Shown one piece after another: positions 51,397-63,919 of a stretch of DNA of 64,000 nucleotides. Within the stretch, counting starts at the first letter, position 1. Each line of letters opens with the position of its first letter. A model generated the notes under the pieces. It was not told the DNA's origin, did no database searches, and was given only the letters and a program-made list of their open reading frames with translations. The position numbers and the translations under genes were made by a program. The stretch is from Gracilinanus agilis (lineage: Eukaryota), in NCBI RefSeq assembly GCF_016433145.1, contig NC_058133.1, positions 68,605,626 through 68,669,625 on the forward strand, written 5' to 3'.

Positions 51397-54300
51397 GTTT
51401 GGTTAAAACTTTTAAAAAATCTTTTTACAACAAAATTTGTGAAACTGGGGGCCCTGGTTCAGTTTTCTTTGAGGGAGAAAAGGACCTTAAATTTATTATT
51501 CATGAGAATCTGAACAAAGGTTGGAGATCTGACCTTTTTTGTTTGTTTTGTTTTCTATATATTTTTTTGGTAACTTTCCTTTAGTTTAGCAAGGTAGGAA
51601 TTAAGAGTTGAGTTTTATAACGAGGTCCAAAAAAATCAGCTTCAGTGTGGATAGGTCACAAATTGAAAAAAAAAATCTGGGTTCAAAGTGGACTAAAAGC
51701 TCATTATGAGTCAACAGTATAATAGGGCAGGTCAGTTCCTATCTCTGCCTTAGGTGCCTCACCTCTAAAATGAAGAGAAAGGGAAGAAGAGTTAAAGGGA
51801 AGCTCCCCATCCAAACTCCAACCTTTACAACCATTAAATTAACTACTTAATTTGTGTGGCATAAACTCTGAAGGCAAGAACTATTTCCTTTTTTCTCTTT
51901 ATATATCCAATCCCTGGCACAGTGCCTGGTAAGAGCATCATCAATGTGTTGGATGACCCAAATCCTAGGGCCATCTTGGCCAGAGTTGGATCCAATGAGA
52001 TCATATATAACTGTAGATAATGAAATGTCAATATTGAGGAGCAGACTTGGGGCCTATACCTAGAATTGTTGATCAGTTGATTGATTCATAGAAATGAATC
52101 CTATAGAGAAATGTTAATGACTCACTCAATCTAGTATTTCTAAAAAGTATTTAATTCCTATTGCTTTCTAGCTGCGAATGGGGTCTATTAGTAGTTATGC
52201 TATACATGCTGTTTTTCCATCATCAGGCAGCTGCAGACCACTTTGGAGAATAGACGTGGTAGAGGATCTCAGTGTAAACACATCAATAAAACACTCAAGT
52301 CAGTGGGCCCATGGCCAGGGAAGTGTTTGTAATTTTAGATTTTTCTTGATTATTTTATAAGATTTTTGGCCCACAGTTGTGTCATTCATTTGGGACCTGG
52401 ACTTGTTCATTCTAAAAATACGGTGCTTATAAATTGAACAAAGAATTGTACAACATAGAGAATGTGACTTTTCCTGTTACAGGCAGAATCAAAATGTTCT
52501 AAGGACCAATTTTAAGCTCAGGCTTTGTGCACACCAATTAGCAGGTGGTGCACATACCCACTAGAGAAGCTTAAGGGGGTTAGCTCCTATTCCTGTGGAG
52601 AAAGACTTGCTCTCCAGCTTTTAGAGGCATATGGACAGGCTAAGGCAAACAGATGTCTGGCACCCTATCAGGCATTTGATTGTCTCACTTCAGTTGCCAG
52701 GCTAAATTTTACTGCAATAACCTGGTGATTCTAAGATTTAAGCTTTCATTGAGATGAAAAGAACACACTTACCCATCCAAAGTCCTGGGCAACTTAGTCC
52801 AAGATTAAACTGAAAATCATTTTACTCCATTCGAGTGTGATGTACTTGATTTTGCAAGTGCTTTTTAGAATCGTAGAATTGAAGGTTTTTAGAGATAGAA
52901 GAAACCTTGGAAATCCACTTCTCTTTTAATACATGAGGAACTGAGAACCAAAAAAATTAAATAGCTGGTCCAGAGTTCTGGACTAGTAAATGAAAGTCAG
53001 AACTAGAACTCAGGTCTTTCCAGTCTAGGGCTAATGTTCTTTCCATCCCATTATAGAAGATAGAGGTTCTTTAGTAAACTAACAGTTTACTTTTATTCTC
53101 AAGTCAATGTTAGCATCTTCTATCTATATGCAAGGAAATGTGACACAATACCCCTCCTCCTTCAAGGTAATTATGCCTATCAATATGAATCCACTGAAAG
53201 TATTTTTCCATGTAAAACTTCAATAAGAGGATTGTGTAAAATAACTCCCTTGGAGAACCTGAGGTTCCAGGTTATCCACAGAACTTGAGGAGTCAGATGA
53301 AGCTGGGTCAGATGGAGCTTGAGCTCAGTCTACACTAGCCAACACACTCTCATTGAAACAAGATGAGAAGTGGATAATTCCTTTTATAGAAAATGAAAGC
53401 TTTGAGGTGCTCTCTCCCTGGAAAATGGAGACTTCAAAAAAAAAATAAATAAAGGACTGGGGAGTCTGCTTCTGGCCATTGGAGGACATTAATGTGATCC
53501 AGACAGGTTCCAAGGAGAAGCTGTGCTGCCATTAAGGCCATGTGGCCATTGGAGAATCCAAGAGGAAATTCCCCTTTCTTGCAATAAGTGAGGGAGCCTA
53601 GCTTCATCAAGATTTAGATCTTCCTTTAACAATTGGCTCATGACTATGCTTCAAAGCAAACCAAATGGGGCAGAAAGAATTGAGTCTAGGTAGGATTTTG
53701 CAGGCCCTGGAGCCACTGAGATGAGGATTGGGTAAGGATGAAGAAGAGGTAGATGAGGAAGCCAAGTATGGCTGTAGATAATGAAGTGTTGGGGCCTATG
53801 CTCAGAAGTAAGACGAGAAGGGCACTTACTGGGGAAAGAGTATCTTGAAGACACTCACAGCCTTTTTAAGCCTCAGTTTACCTTTTGTTTAAAATCTTGG
53901 GTCTCTACTTTGTTCCTCTTAGAATTCCATTCAGAAGTGGCAATTGTTTTGAAATTGCCTTCATTTTTCATGTATTTATTTTTGTATTTCTGTTACTTTG
54001 TTTTGTTTATATTTGTTTCTTAAGAAAACGACCCTTTTAAATCTGTTTGTCCCAGGACAATATGACTCTGACAGCCACATACTGGGATGGTAGCCACAGC
54101 AACAAGAACAGCTAGCTCCTGGGCCAGGAGAGAAAGGCTCCGGGTTGGCTGGGAGTGGGCCTAGGGCAGTCCAGGTTTTGCTGGGGGCCTTAATCCCTTC
54201 CTGTCTGAGTTTATCTCTCAAATGAACAGTCCAGATTGTTACATTTTCGTTTTATCTCAGTGCAAAATGGCAATCTCAGGTGATAATGGAGAGGGTCAGC

Positions 54301-55039
54301 AGGTTTTTATTTTTTTATGTGCCTCATAACTTTTTTTTTGGTTATTAGATGACAGTCTTAATGACATGTTGCATTTCTATCTAAATATTTTCTTATTTCT
54401 CACAAAGAAGTAAGATCTTTTCCTTTTGGGTACCATTAAGAATTTAATCCAGGAATATGAGAGAAAAATTTAATTTACAGCATGTACGTATGTTACAGCC
54501 TTGGTGTTTAAATTGGTACTAGAGTAGTTCCCAAATATCACTGTAATGGAATGACATGGATTTTTTTCTTCATTTAAATGATCTAATTATGTGCTTTCTG
54601 ATAAGGTGAAAAAATAAGATATTTTATTTCTGCCTCTCTGTAATTCCAGTTCTGACCAGGACTGAATGAAGAGAGCTTGTATTTATCTTCCAGACACTAT
54701 AATTTCTTTCAGTTAATTTGGAATTTCTTTTCTTTGCTATGAAACTTTTAAACTTTGGTATTAGTATTTATTCCTATAGTGTTTTCACATGGAAAAATCT
54801 ATACAATCCCTTGTAAACTGAGACTTGTTGATTTTTATTCAAGATAGCCTATATAAGTAGATGTAAAGTAAAATCCCCTGTTAGTACAGAGATTTCAGGC
54901 TAGTAGAAAGTTTCACCTAGTGCCCATTAAGTCAATGAAAGAAAATTCAGCACCTTAGACTTCAATTTTTAGGAATATTTAATGCAACACAAACTGAATG
55001 CCTGCAATCTGTGGGTGATAAAAACATATGTTTATTTGT

Positions 55040-56000
55040 ATTTTTTCTTATATACTTCTATCTATGCTTGTCTTCAGCTTGAATATAAGCTTTTTGCCAG
55101 CAAGGATTGTTTCATTTTCATATTTATGTCCACAGTGCCTAGCATGTAGTAGGCAATTAACAAAAATTTTTGTCAGTTAATTGACATGGTTCTTATCCTC
55201 AAAGGCTGATCATTCTGGCTGGGAAATAAGATGTGGTGATATAATATTTATTATATAATTATTTCATGACGTGGCACACAGTAAAGGAAGGAGGACCAAC
55301 TTCTGACTGTAGTCAGGGAAGGTTACATAGAACAAGTCCCATATGAGTTGGGTAAATGGCAAAACAGGATTTCAATTCATAGACAGATATAGAAGGAGGA
55401 TATTCCAGCTATGGGAATGATTTGACAGAGACCTGGAGGCCTGAGGACATTTTAGGTGGCTAGTGAGTGAGACTAGTTTGGAGAGTACATAGGATACACG
55501 AAAGACTCTTTGCTCTCCCATATCCCATAGAGTCCATCTCTCTCATCTCATGTCCAGCCCCTTCTCTTCACTCATACAGCTACATCTTAATACCAGCCCA
55601 GGTTAGTGCAACAGCCTCCTCATCGGTCTCCTTGTTTAAGCCTTCTGCTTACCTGTTCCATTTCCCACAATGAGGCCAAAGTGGTTTTCCTCAAGCATAG
55701 GCCTATCATAAGATCCGATCTCTCTCTCTGTCTTTTTTTAAATAGATTATTTGAAACCTGTTCCTCCTCAATCCAAGGAAGATGTCAAACTAGTCTACGT
55801 CTAGCCTGGCTTTCCTCATTTTCTTTAGGATAAAATCTAAAATGGAGTAGTTACTTCCTCTCAAGGTTTTATCATATTTTTTTTTTCAGACTCCATAATG
55901 CTCCTCCTCTCTGATTAATATATTTCTTTGTATGAGTATATCTTTGCATACAGTACTATTCCACCTCTACCACTTTCCTATATTCTTTGTTTCCCAAATA
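55040..56000. mobile_element. L2 fragments in alternating orientation
   Basis: Plus tail, minus fragment, plus fragment. Confidence 0.6.
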
Positions 56001-56124
56001 AAATTTACCCTTCCTGAGCCATATTCTAGTAAGGAGCCCCATCCTACCAAATTTCAATGATGACAGTAAGGTTCATTTTTGCCATCTGACAGCCCTTATG
56101 GATATCCATCATTATTCCTTAGAG

Positions 56125-56323
56125 CAGAGGCGTCAAACCTGGCAATATTCCAAGTGCCCTGGGATGAGATTAAAATATAACTGGGAAATATTCAACAAAA
56201 TAAATAAAAATGTAGTAGATCCTAGATAATGTTGATATGTGGTTTTCTCAATTAATATGTGGCCTGTAGGGATCCTTATGTACTGTTTAGTGGCCCTGTT
56301 TCTGTTTGGAATCAACATTACTA
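56125..56323. mobile_element. hAT MITE (MER63-like)
   Basis: CAGAGGCGTCAAAC start. 8-bp TSD ccttagag / ccttatag at 56117-24 and 56324-31. Confidence 0.75.
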
Positions 56324-56915
56324 CCTTATAGGACAAGTGTCAAAATATTTAGCTCTTCCTTTTTAAGAAAGCTTCAAATATGCTTTTTGACTTTAAACCT
56401 TTAGTGGTCCTTCTTCCTTTCCTCTTCTGGGAAACTTTTTTTTAAACCTTCTAACTTCTAAATATTAGTCAAGATTCCCTTCTGTCTCTTCACAACCTTT
56501 TCTTTCTTCTCCCTGGTTTTCATCCTGAAGGTCAGCTTTCCATTCTTTCAAGGAACACCTCTTTCATTGTCCCTGGAAACTTGAAGTGTGGAGAGGCCAT
56601 CCCAAAGCTCTCTCTCCCCCTTTTTAGGATGGAGACCAGGCCCCACTTTGCCCATCAGTGGTGGCCACTTTGCCATGGTAGGTATGCAAATATCACCAAC
56701 TTCATGCAAATCATTACAAAACTAGCCCTGCCCTCAATTTACAGGTCACTCATTTGTTTTATTCTCTTTTTCTCCCCTTAAAAATCTACTCATTTTTAAT
56801 TTCTTCACAGAACTATTTGATACTCCTTTTATAATTCCACTTCCTTCTGCTTTTATTCAATTTTATCACTCCTTAACTGCTTGTCACCCATATCCAACTT
56901 ACTTTTCCTTATTTT

Positions 56916-57099
56916 TTTTTTTTAAACCCTTGTACTTCGGTGTATTGTCTCATAGGTGGAAGATTGGTAAGGGTGGGCAATGGGGGTCAAGTGACTTGCC
57001 CAGGGTCACACAGCTGGGAAGTGTCTGAGGCCGGTTTTGAACCTAAGACCTCCTGTCTCTAGGCCTGACTCTCACTCCACTGAGCTACCCAGCTGCCCC
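56916..57099 (-). mobile_element. Young SINE (tail variant C)
   Basis: TSD TACTTTTCCTTATTTT at 56900-56915 and 57100-57115. Confidence 0.92.
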
Positions 57100-60000
57100 T
57101 ACTTTTCCTTATTTTACTAAATTCTTATCCGATACCATTAATTTCTTTTACTTAACTTTTCTTATCATTTTTATCAACTTTATTCCCTTTCTCTATAAAT
57201 TTTTTTCTTCCTTTACTTCTTTTTCTCCATTCATTTTCACCTTCAGAATGAATTAAGTGCTACAGTGCATAGAGATCCAGGCCTGATAGCAGGTCGTCTC
57301 TTCAATTTCAAACTCTGCTCTTTATAAATCCAAGGTTCCCCCAGTAAATTTCACAATTATCTTTTCCAGTTCAAATCTTTTGTGATAAAATAGAGAAAAC
57401 CCCGCTCTCCCCAAATTATAGAGTATCAGTTTTAGTATTAGGAGGGACCTTATAGGTCATCTTATCTGGCCTCCTCATTTTTAAGATGAGAGAAATTGAG
57501 TTGGCCATGACTACCTGGCATATTTTTTTTAAGTTGAAAATTGACTCAACATAAAAGAATCTAAAGAAAAAATTTCCTTAAAAATTAAATGTTTTCTAAA
57601 GAGTGTTGAAACTATTCCATTCTTAAGTCTGTTGAAGAGAGCGGCACTAAGTACAAGAAAAATCATTATAATGCTCTTTGCCACAAGCAACAATTGCCTT
57701 ACCATTGGTTGGTGTTTGAAGGATATCATCTGACATCATAGGATGGCATGGGCCATTTCTTAAAGTCCAGGACTGTGAGTTGTCCAATGAAGTCACATTG
57801 AAGATTTCTTATTGATTGACAACATAAAATGAACTAGTGAATTATTTTCAATTTTTCTTGAGAATATTGAACTTTTTACATAGGTCCTATGTACTTTTTG
57901 GGCAGATACTCTAATACTTTACCTTCCTCAGCTTGTATTCCAAATGTATATGCAGTGATTAAAATAGGTTATGTACACTTTTAGACATACAGGCCCCTAT
58001 GTCTGTACTTCAGAGACATTATTGTTTCAACTACAAGTCAAGGCCAATGGCATGGAGAACATGTAAATTGTAGTTAGCTTTTGATGATCTTTATTAATGA
58101 AGGGGAAGAATGGTACATTTCGTCCACAAATAATTTGTATTTGGCTTCTTTTATGATTTTATGTTGTTTTAAGGCCTATTTACATAATTATGTTTCACCT
58201 AGACTAGTAAAAAAGTGAGCTTTTCTCCCTGTGTATTCACCAGCCAGAAACTGACATTTGTATGTCACTTTTTTATTTTCTTGAATCTCATTTGAGTTTC
58301 AAAATGTCCCTTAAAGGTAGATACTACAGCTAAATACCAGGTGATTCAAAGGTCTGTAGAAGAGCTAGAACAAGTCAATCTTTGTATGATTTTTTTGTTA
58401 AATGATCTCTATTTGATTGTACAGTAGAAGTGTATTGAATTTGATTATCGAATGTGAGAAAAAGAAGGTGATACTATATACTAGTCCATGTCATATTCAA
58501 CTTTATTATCATTCTGTCTGCCTTTTAGTCATTGTGACTTTTGTAATTACTGATAATATTGCAAAATTGGTGATATCATGTGCTGTTTTAATTAATCTTC
58601 ATGATACACAGATAAAATTCTCACGTGATAGAAGTGATTTTGTCCTAGAGTTAGTGCAGTGTCTGAAACTTTAAAGAATTTCTAAGTGAGAGTTCAAATA
58701 GTTCATATTTAAGAAACATATTATATATGTCAAGGCCTTTTGAGATCCAAGTGTGTTGCAGAGAAGTACCTCCATTTCAAAACCCAATAAAAATGCTCTC
58801 CCTTTTATTTGTTCACTATAAGATCTTTGCATGATAAGAAATAACATGAATCCTTAAAAAAACAAACAACATACATTGCCAAAGCCAAATACAATTATGA
58901 ATATATCAAATTTGGGGTCAATAGATGCCCCCTAAACCCATCCCAGTGTGTGATTACCATTATAAATATTTTTCCATTAGCTAGTTTCAACTCAGGAAAT
59001 AGATTAGAACCTTAATGGACTAAGCAGCCAGGAAACAAGCAATATATTTATAGATTCTACCTCTATTTAAAAGCAAAAATTTTGCCTGTTAAGAATTCTG
59101 GCTCCAGTTAGCTTCATATAAACTATCTTCTTAAATATGTTAGCCATCTTTCCCCCACACAAGATCCTTTCTAAGAATTCCTTTCCTGGGTTTTTTAGCA
59201 TATATTTTCAGCAAACATATTAAGAAAATTAATTGCCAGAAATGTTGTTGAGAAGTTGAAAGTATATGTAGAAGTAAATAGTCATTAAACACATGTATCA
59301 TTACAGTCAATTCTGATATGACACAACATATATACCCCCCCCCCAAATACCAGGCTATGCAAAATCAAGCAATAAGAAACACATAGCTTATGAGGAAAAT
59401 GTTCTAGAGGTACAATGGCTTAAATATTTCCTGAATGACACGTGAAAAAAGAAATTTCATAAAAGTGATAGCATAATTAACTTGTTAATTGATTATGAAA
59501 TGCACAAATTCTCTAGTAAATAAAGGCTGCTGATCCATAGGCTTGGGCTAACAAATTGGGCAAGCCCAACTCTGGGTCTCTGGTCTGAAGCTATTGAAGG
59601 GGATCAGAAGTGGGAATGTACAGACTCACTCTTAATTCACAGCCTTTGTGCAAATATACAGTAAATATGGAAGATCTATAAATATGGTGCTTTGCCTTGA
59701 CAGAGACCTAAAGTTTGCTTGGGGAAGTGAACATTGATGGGTTGCAGGTTATGAGTTTTTGTGAAATGGTGCAATTTTCTGCATTCTTGCTGTTTCTCAA
59801 GGAAGAAATCATGTAAAGCCAACAAGAAATTACAATTATGTTCAAAATATTCTTTCTTATATCATTAAGAAAAAATTGTGTTTTGAAAATTAGAGTATTA
59901 AACTGAGTATAGGTTAGTCTGTTCAACTCTACCTCATTACTAGCATGAAGAGTTCAGACCTGGTCAGTTTTTGCCTGATGCTGTACATTCCGGCCAGCCT

Positions 60001-60164
60001 TTTCTGTTAATCAGCTTAGAAAACCAATAAGCATTTGTCAATAGCTTTATATCCAAGGACCCACTATGAAATCGATGCTCATCTCTAATTTGGTCCCGAA
60101 TCACCCTAAGCTCAGAGTCCTGCCACTTGGTGTGGCATAGGTCTAGACTAGACCCATTTGATCC

Positions 60165-60225
60165 TCCTATCTAGACTCAAGGGAAAAGAACATGGCTATC
60201 CAGTGTCCCTTGAGTCTAGGTAGGA
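60165..60225 (+). ncRNA. Pre-miRNA-like hairpin (unassigned)
   Basis: Arms 60165-60184 and 60206-60225 form 20 contiguous pairs (one G:U on the + strand), with further pairing inside the loop. Confidence 0.35.
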
Positions 60226-60429
60226 AATAGAACTTATCACCTTTTGAAAATAGTCAAAGGTCCTCCAAATATATATATATATATATAAATTTTTTTTAAA
60301 TCATTGTGCCATGTCAGTGATTTAAGGGGATAAGTTCTATTTCAGTGTGTCTTATGGCATGGAGGTGGTGGACCTGAAGACTGTGCATGTCCGTTTCATC
60401 ATTCTTGCTACCTTATTCATTCCCCATAT

Positions 60430-61160
60430 CCAGTGTGATGGAAAGTCTTGTTACTCACTTTACAACATTTCTGTTAAGCTTCACTTTCACTCATAGCCAA
60501 TGCTGGTGAATTTTTCATCACCTCAGACTCAGATACTGCAGTAGCCTTCTGGCTTGTCTTCCTGCCTTTAGTCCCTTGCCACACCAATCCTCAGTTGTCA
60601 AAGTGACCCTAACCATCTCACCCTCTAATCGATAATCTCTAGTGGCTTCCTATTACTTCCCTATCAAATATAAAATCTTCTTTTTGGCTTCTGAAGCCTG
60701 ACTCCTTCCTACCTTTCCAGTCTTCTTATAATTTACTCCTCCTTTCCACATTCCGGACAAACCAGCCTCCTTCCTTTTACTTTAACACAATTTTCTATCT
60801 CCTGATGCCATATTTTTTTTATGTCTATCTCTAATGCATGGAATTCTCTCCCTTCTTACTATTCTCTTCTAGCTTCTTTCCCGATTCAGCTCAAACCTCA
60901 CTTTCTTCAAAAGGTCTTCTTTTTCTCCCACATTGTTAATGCCCTACCTCAAATATTACTTTCCACTTGCATCTTGTACATGGGCACCAAAATGGTAAAG
61001 TAAATAAAGTGCTAGGCTTGGGGTTAGGAAGATGTAGGTTCAAATTTGGCCTCAGATACTTACTAGATGTGTGACCTTGAGCAAGTTCAGTAACCTGTTT
61101 GCCTCTGTTTCTTTGACTATAAAATGAGGATAATAATTGTACCTACCTCCCTAGAGGTAT
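60430..61160 (+). mobile_element. L2 fragment followed by MIR/MAR-type SINE
   Basis: L2 ORF2-end motifs. CORE at about 61000-61150. Confidence 0.65.
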
Positions 61161-62422
61161 AGTCCTAGCAACAGACTGTAATAGATGAGGAATTTGAGTA
61201 TCATCTCGTTCCATGAAAAAAGCCACATTGTTTATGGGAAAATCTATTCTGATGTTTATGGGCTAGGTATGTCAACTTTGACAAGTATTAGAAGGATAGG
61301 AACTTTACTGACATGTAGATCACTTATTTGTGCTTGCAAGAACATAAGAAGTTAGATTTCCTAGTTTTGAGTTTCCTCCCCAATGTTATATCTAACTAAT
61401 TAATTGCTCCTTAGAATACCAAAACATATATAAAATGAAAATTTAAGATTAGATTTTAACAATTCAAAATGCATAGCTCCAATTCTCTAAACATAGAAAT
61501 TCTTACTTTGATTGTCTTTCTTCTTCATATTTTGGTATCACAGATAATCACAATCTGAAGAATTAATGTCGAAGTACTCGAGAAATGCACTGGAGTGGTA
61601 GATAGTGGCCTTTCTTAGACTGCAACACATTTTGACTGATGAATTGTACAGAAAAGGCATAAAGGATGTCATAAGAGAATTTTGTGATCCTGGAAATAAA
61701 TGGGTCTCTTGTGGTAAAAGTAAGGCCCCATGATGTCAAGAAATCTAGAAGATGGCCTCTGTATAGAAAAGCTTCACACAGAATGAAAAGGCTTATATGA
61801 ATTGCATTATTTTAAATCCATTAAAATGTTTTTGAATTTACATCCTTTGGCCAGAAACCATCATGGTGTAAGCCCAATTATCAATATATTTAAAGAATTA
61901 GAGTTTTGTGACTCTATTAAAAACAGATATCTTAGTGGGATGTTCTAATCTCTCAGCATCTTGGTTTAGTGAAAAGATTACCAGAATTGGTAGCTGAAGA
62001 TTTGGGTTAAACATCTGGCACTACTTCTTAATAGCCACATGACCTTGGACCAGTCACTTATTAAATCTCTATTCCCTAGGTTACTTAATTGTAGGATAAA
62101 GAGATTTACAGGATAAACTTGATAAGCCTTGATTCTAAATCACTTAGCATGTTTCCTAATCTCTACAATGGAGTTGAAAATGTTTCTACAACTTCATATA
62201 TTTGGGAGAATGCTCAAATGTAATAATATACAAAAAGCACTTTGTAAAATGGCATATGCAAAAAAAAATTGCCAATGGTCGTAATAATATAATACTTGCT
62301 GATTCTCTGCCCCCTACTTTCCTATTGCCTGGCCACTGAAGAACTAGAAAAATCGTGCTGGTCATCCCCAGCAATCCCTCCCAATAATAGCAGCATGTGT
62401 AATTGTTCAGAGCAGCAGAGTT

Positions 62423-62488
62423 ATGTCTGTGTCTGCTCATCTTCCTGTCATCTATGATTCCCAGGATATGCAATCCCTGATGTTTCAG
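62423..62488 (+). CDS. Candidate additional RABGAP1L alternative first exon (MSVSAHLPVIYDSQDMQSLMFQ) or 24-nt microexon 62465-62488
   Basis: ATG with G at -3, 22 open codons, consensus CAG|GTGAGT donor at 62489 in phase 0. In-frame stop upstream at 62345, CCAAT at 62272. No transcript evidence available here. Confidence 0.45.
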
Positions 62489-62536
62489 GTGAGTAGTACT
62501 CTAGGCATTTGTTGATGACACTTTCATACTCTAAAC

Positions 62537-62729
62537 CAGTGATTCCCAAAGTGGGTGCCACTGCCCTCTGGTGGGTGCTGCAGCGATCCAGGGGATGGTG
62601 ATGGCCACAGGTGCATTTATCTTTCCTATTAATTGCTATTAAAATTTTAAAAAATTAATTTCCAGGGGCCTAAGTAATATTTTTTTTCTGGAAAGGGGGT
62701 GGTAGGCCAAAAAAGTTTGGGAACCACTG
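62537..62729. mobile_element. Young hAT MITE (193 bp)
   Basis: TIR CAGTGATTCCCAAAGT versus CAGTGGTTCCCAAACT (14/16). Perfect 8-bp TSD CTCTAAAC at 62529-36 and 62730-37. Confidence 0.92.
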
Positions 62730-63783
62730 CTCTAAACCTTATGCATTTTTCTTTGTTTCTTAACATTTTCTTCCTTCTTTCTTCTTCTCCTTTAACCCTT
62801 CCTTGACTACTTTTAATTTTCTCCCTTCTTGTTTTAAAAAAAATTGTCTAACCTAAGACCTTCCAGTGGTGTCAAGTGGTACCCCACAGGAATTTCTTAG
62901 TCCTGTTGGCACTTGGACTAAAAATGTCACTTTTTGATCTTTAAATGAAACCACGTTGTTCCTTGGAAAGCTTACAGTAAACCAGAGGATCAGGGAAATT
63001 GTTGAAGTCTTTGCTCTAATCTTCATAGTAAGTGACAGGCATGTTATTGGGAATCAATCGATAAGTTCAAACCACAGTGCTAGAGAAGTCACATTTTTTA
63101 ACTCTGGAAGCATTCATATCCAGCTCTCAAACTGACCACAGAAATCTGAGTCTCATTTTAATATAAGCTAATCTAAGAGAAAGCATTCTGGAAGCATAAG
63201 TAAAACAAAACATACTACTGTATAATTGTATCAGGAAGGAACAAGATGAGAATCTGTTTGAAGCTCAGAAAGCCTTGTGGTTTACTGGAAGGAGATATGT
63301 ACTCTGTGTAGAAACATATCCTTCCAGGATGAATGAAAAGGATTTCTTAATGGAAGAAGTCTGTTACTGAATAGTGACAATTTATTTAATTTTCATTCTT
63401 TTCTTTATCTGTGCCTTGTTCTTCAAACACTATTCCATGGAGAGTTTATTTTTTTAATTCATTAATGTCTTTGTAAGTTGACTTGAGGAATATCATATAC
63501 TAGATTTAAAAAATTTAATGGAAGAATAACCTTTTAAAATTATGTAGGCCAGGCCTGCATACTCTGAAATGTAAGTGAAAAATCAGTTAGCAAGCATTTA
63601 TCTGCTTTGACTTAGTTGTGAGATAGATAGATTTCGAAGCCCTTCTGTATCATATATCTATAACACATTGCCTAGCACATAGTAGGCACTTAATAAATAT
63701 TTATTGACTGAGGAGTTGAGAATACATATATAAAAATTAGTCTGCCTTTAAGAAGCTTATGTTCTAATAAGGAGTCAACATAT

Positions 63784-63919
63784 NNNNNNNNNNNNNNNNN
63801 NNNNNNNNNNNNNNNNNNNNNNNNNNNNNNNNNNNNNNNNNNNNNNNNNNNNNNNNNNNNNNNNNNNNNNNNNNNNNNNNNNNNNNNNNNNNNNNNNNNN
63901 NNNNNNNNNNNNNNNNNNN
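63784..63919. other. Assembly gap
   Basis: N run. Confidence 1.

Noticed and set aside
55040-55260. Tail-to-tail L2 pair as a miR-28/151-like hairpin source
   Set aside because: Arms are too diverged and too far apart to pair well.
59945-60140. Faint likeness to a 5S-derived SINE head and AmnSINE core
   Set aside because: Matches are too short and degenerate to call without an alignment.
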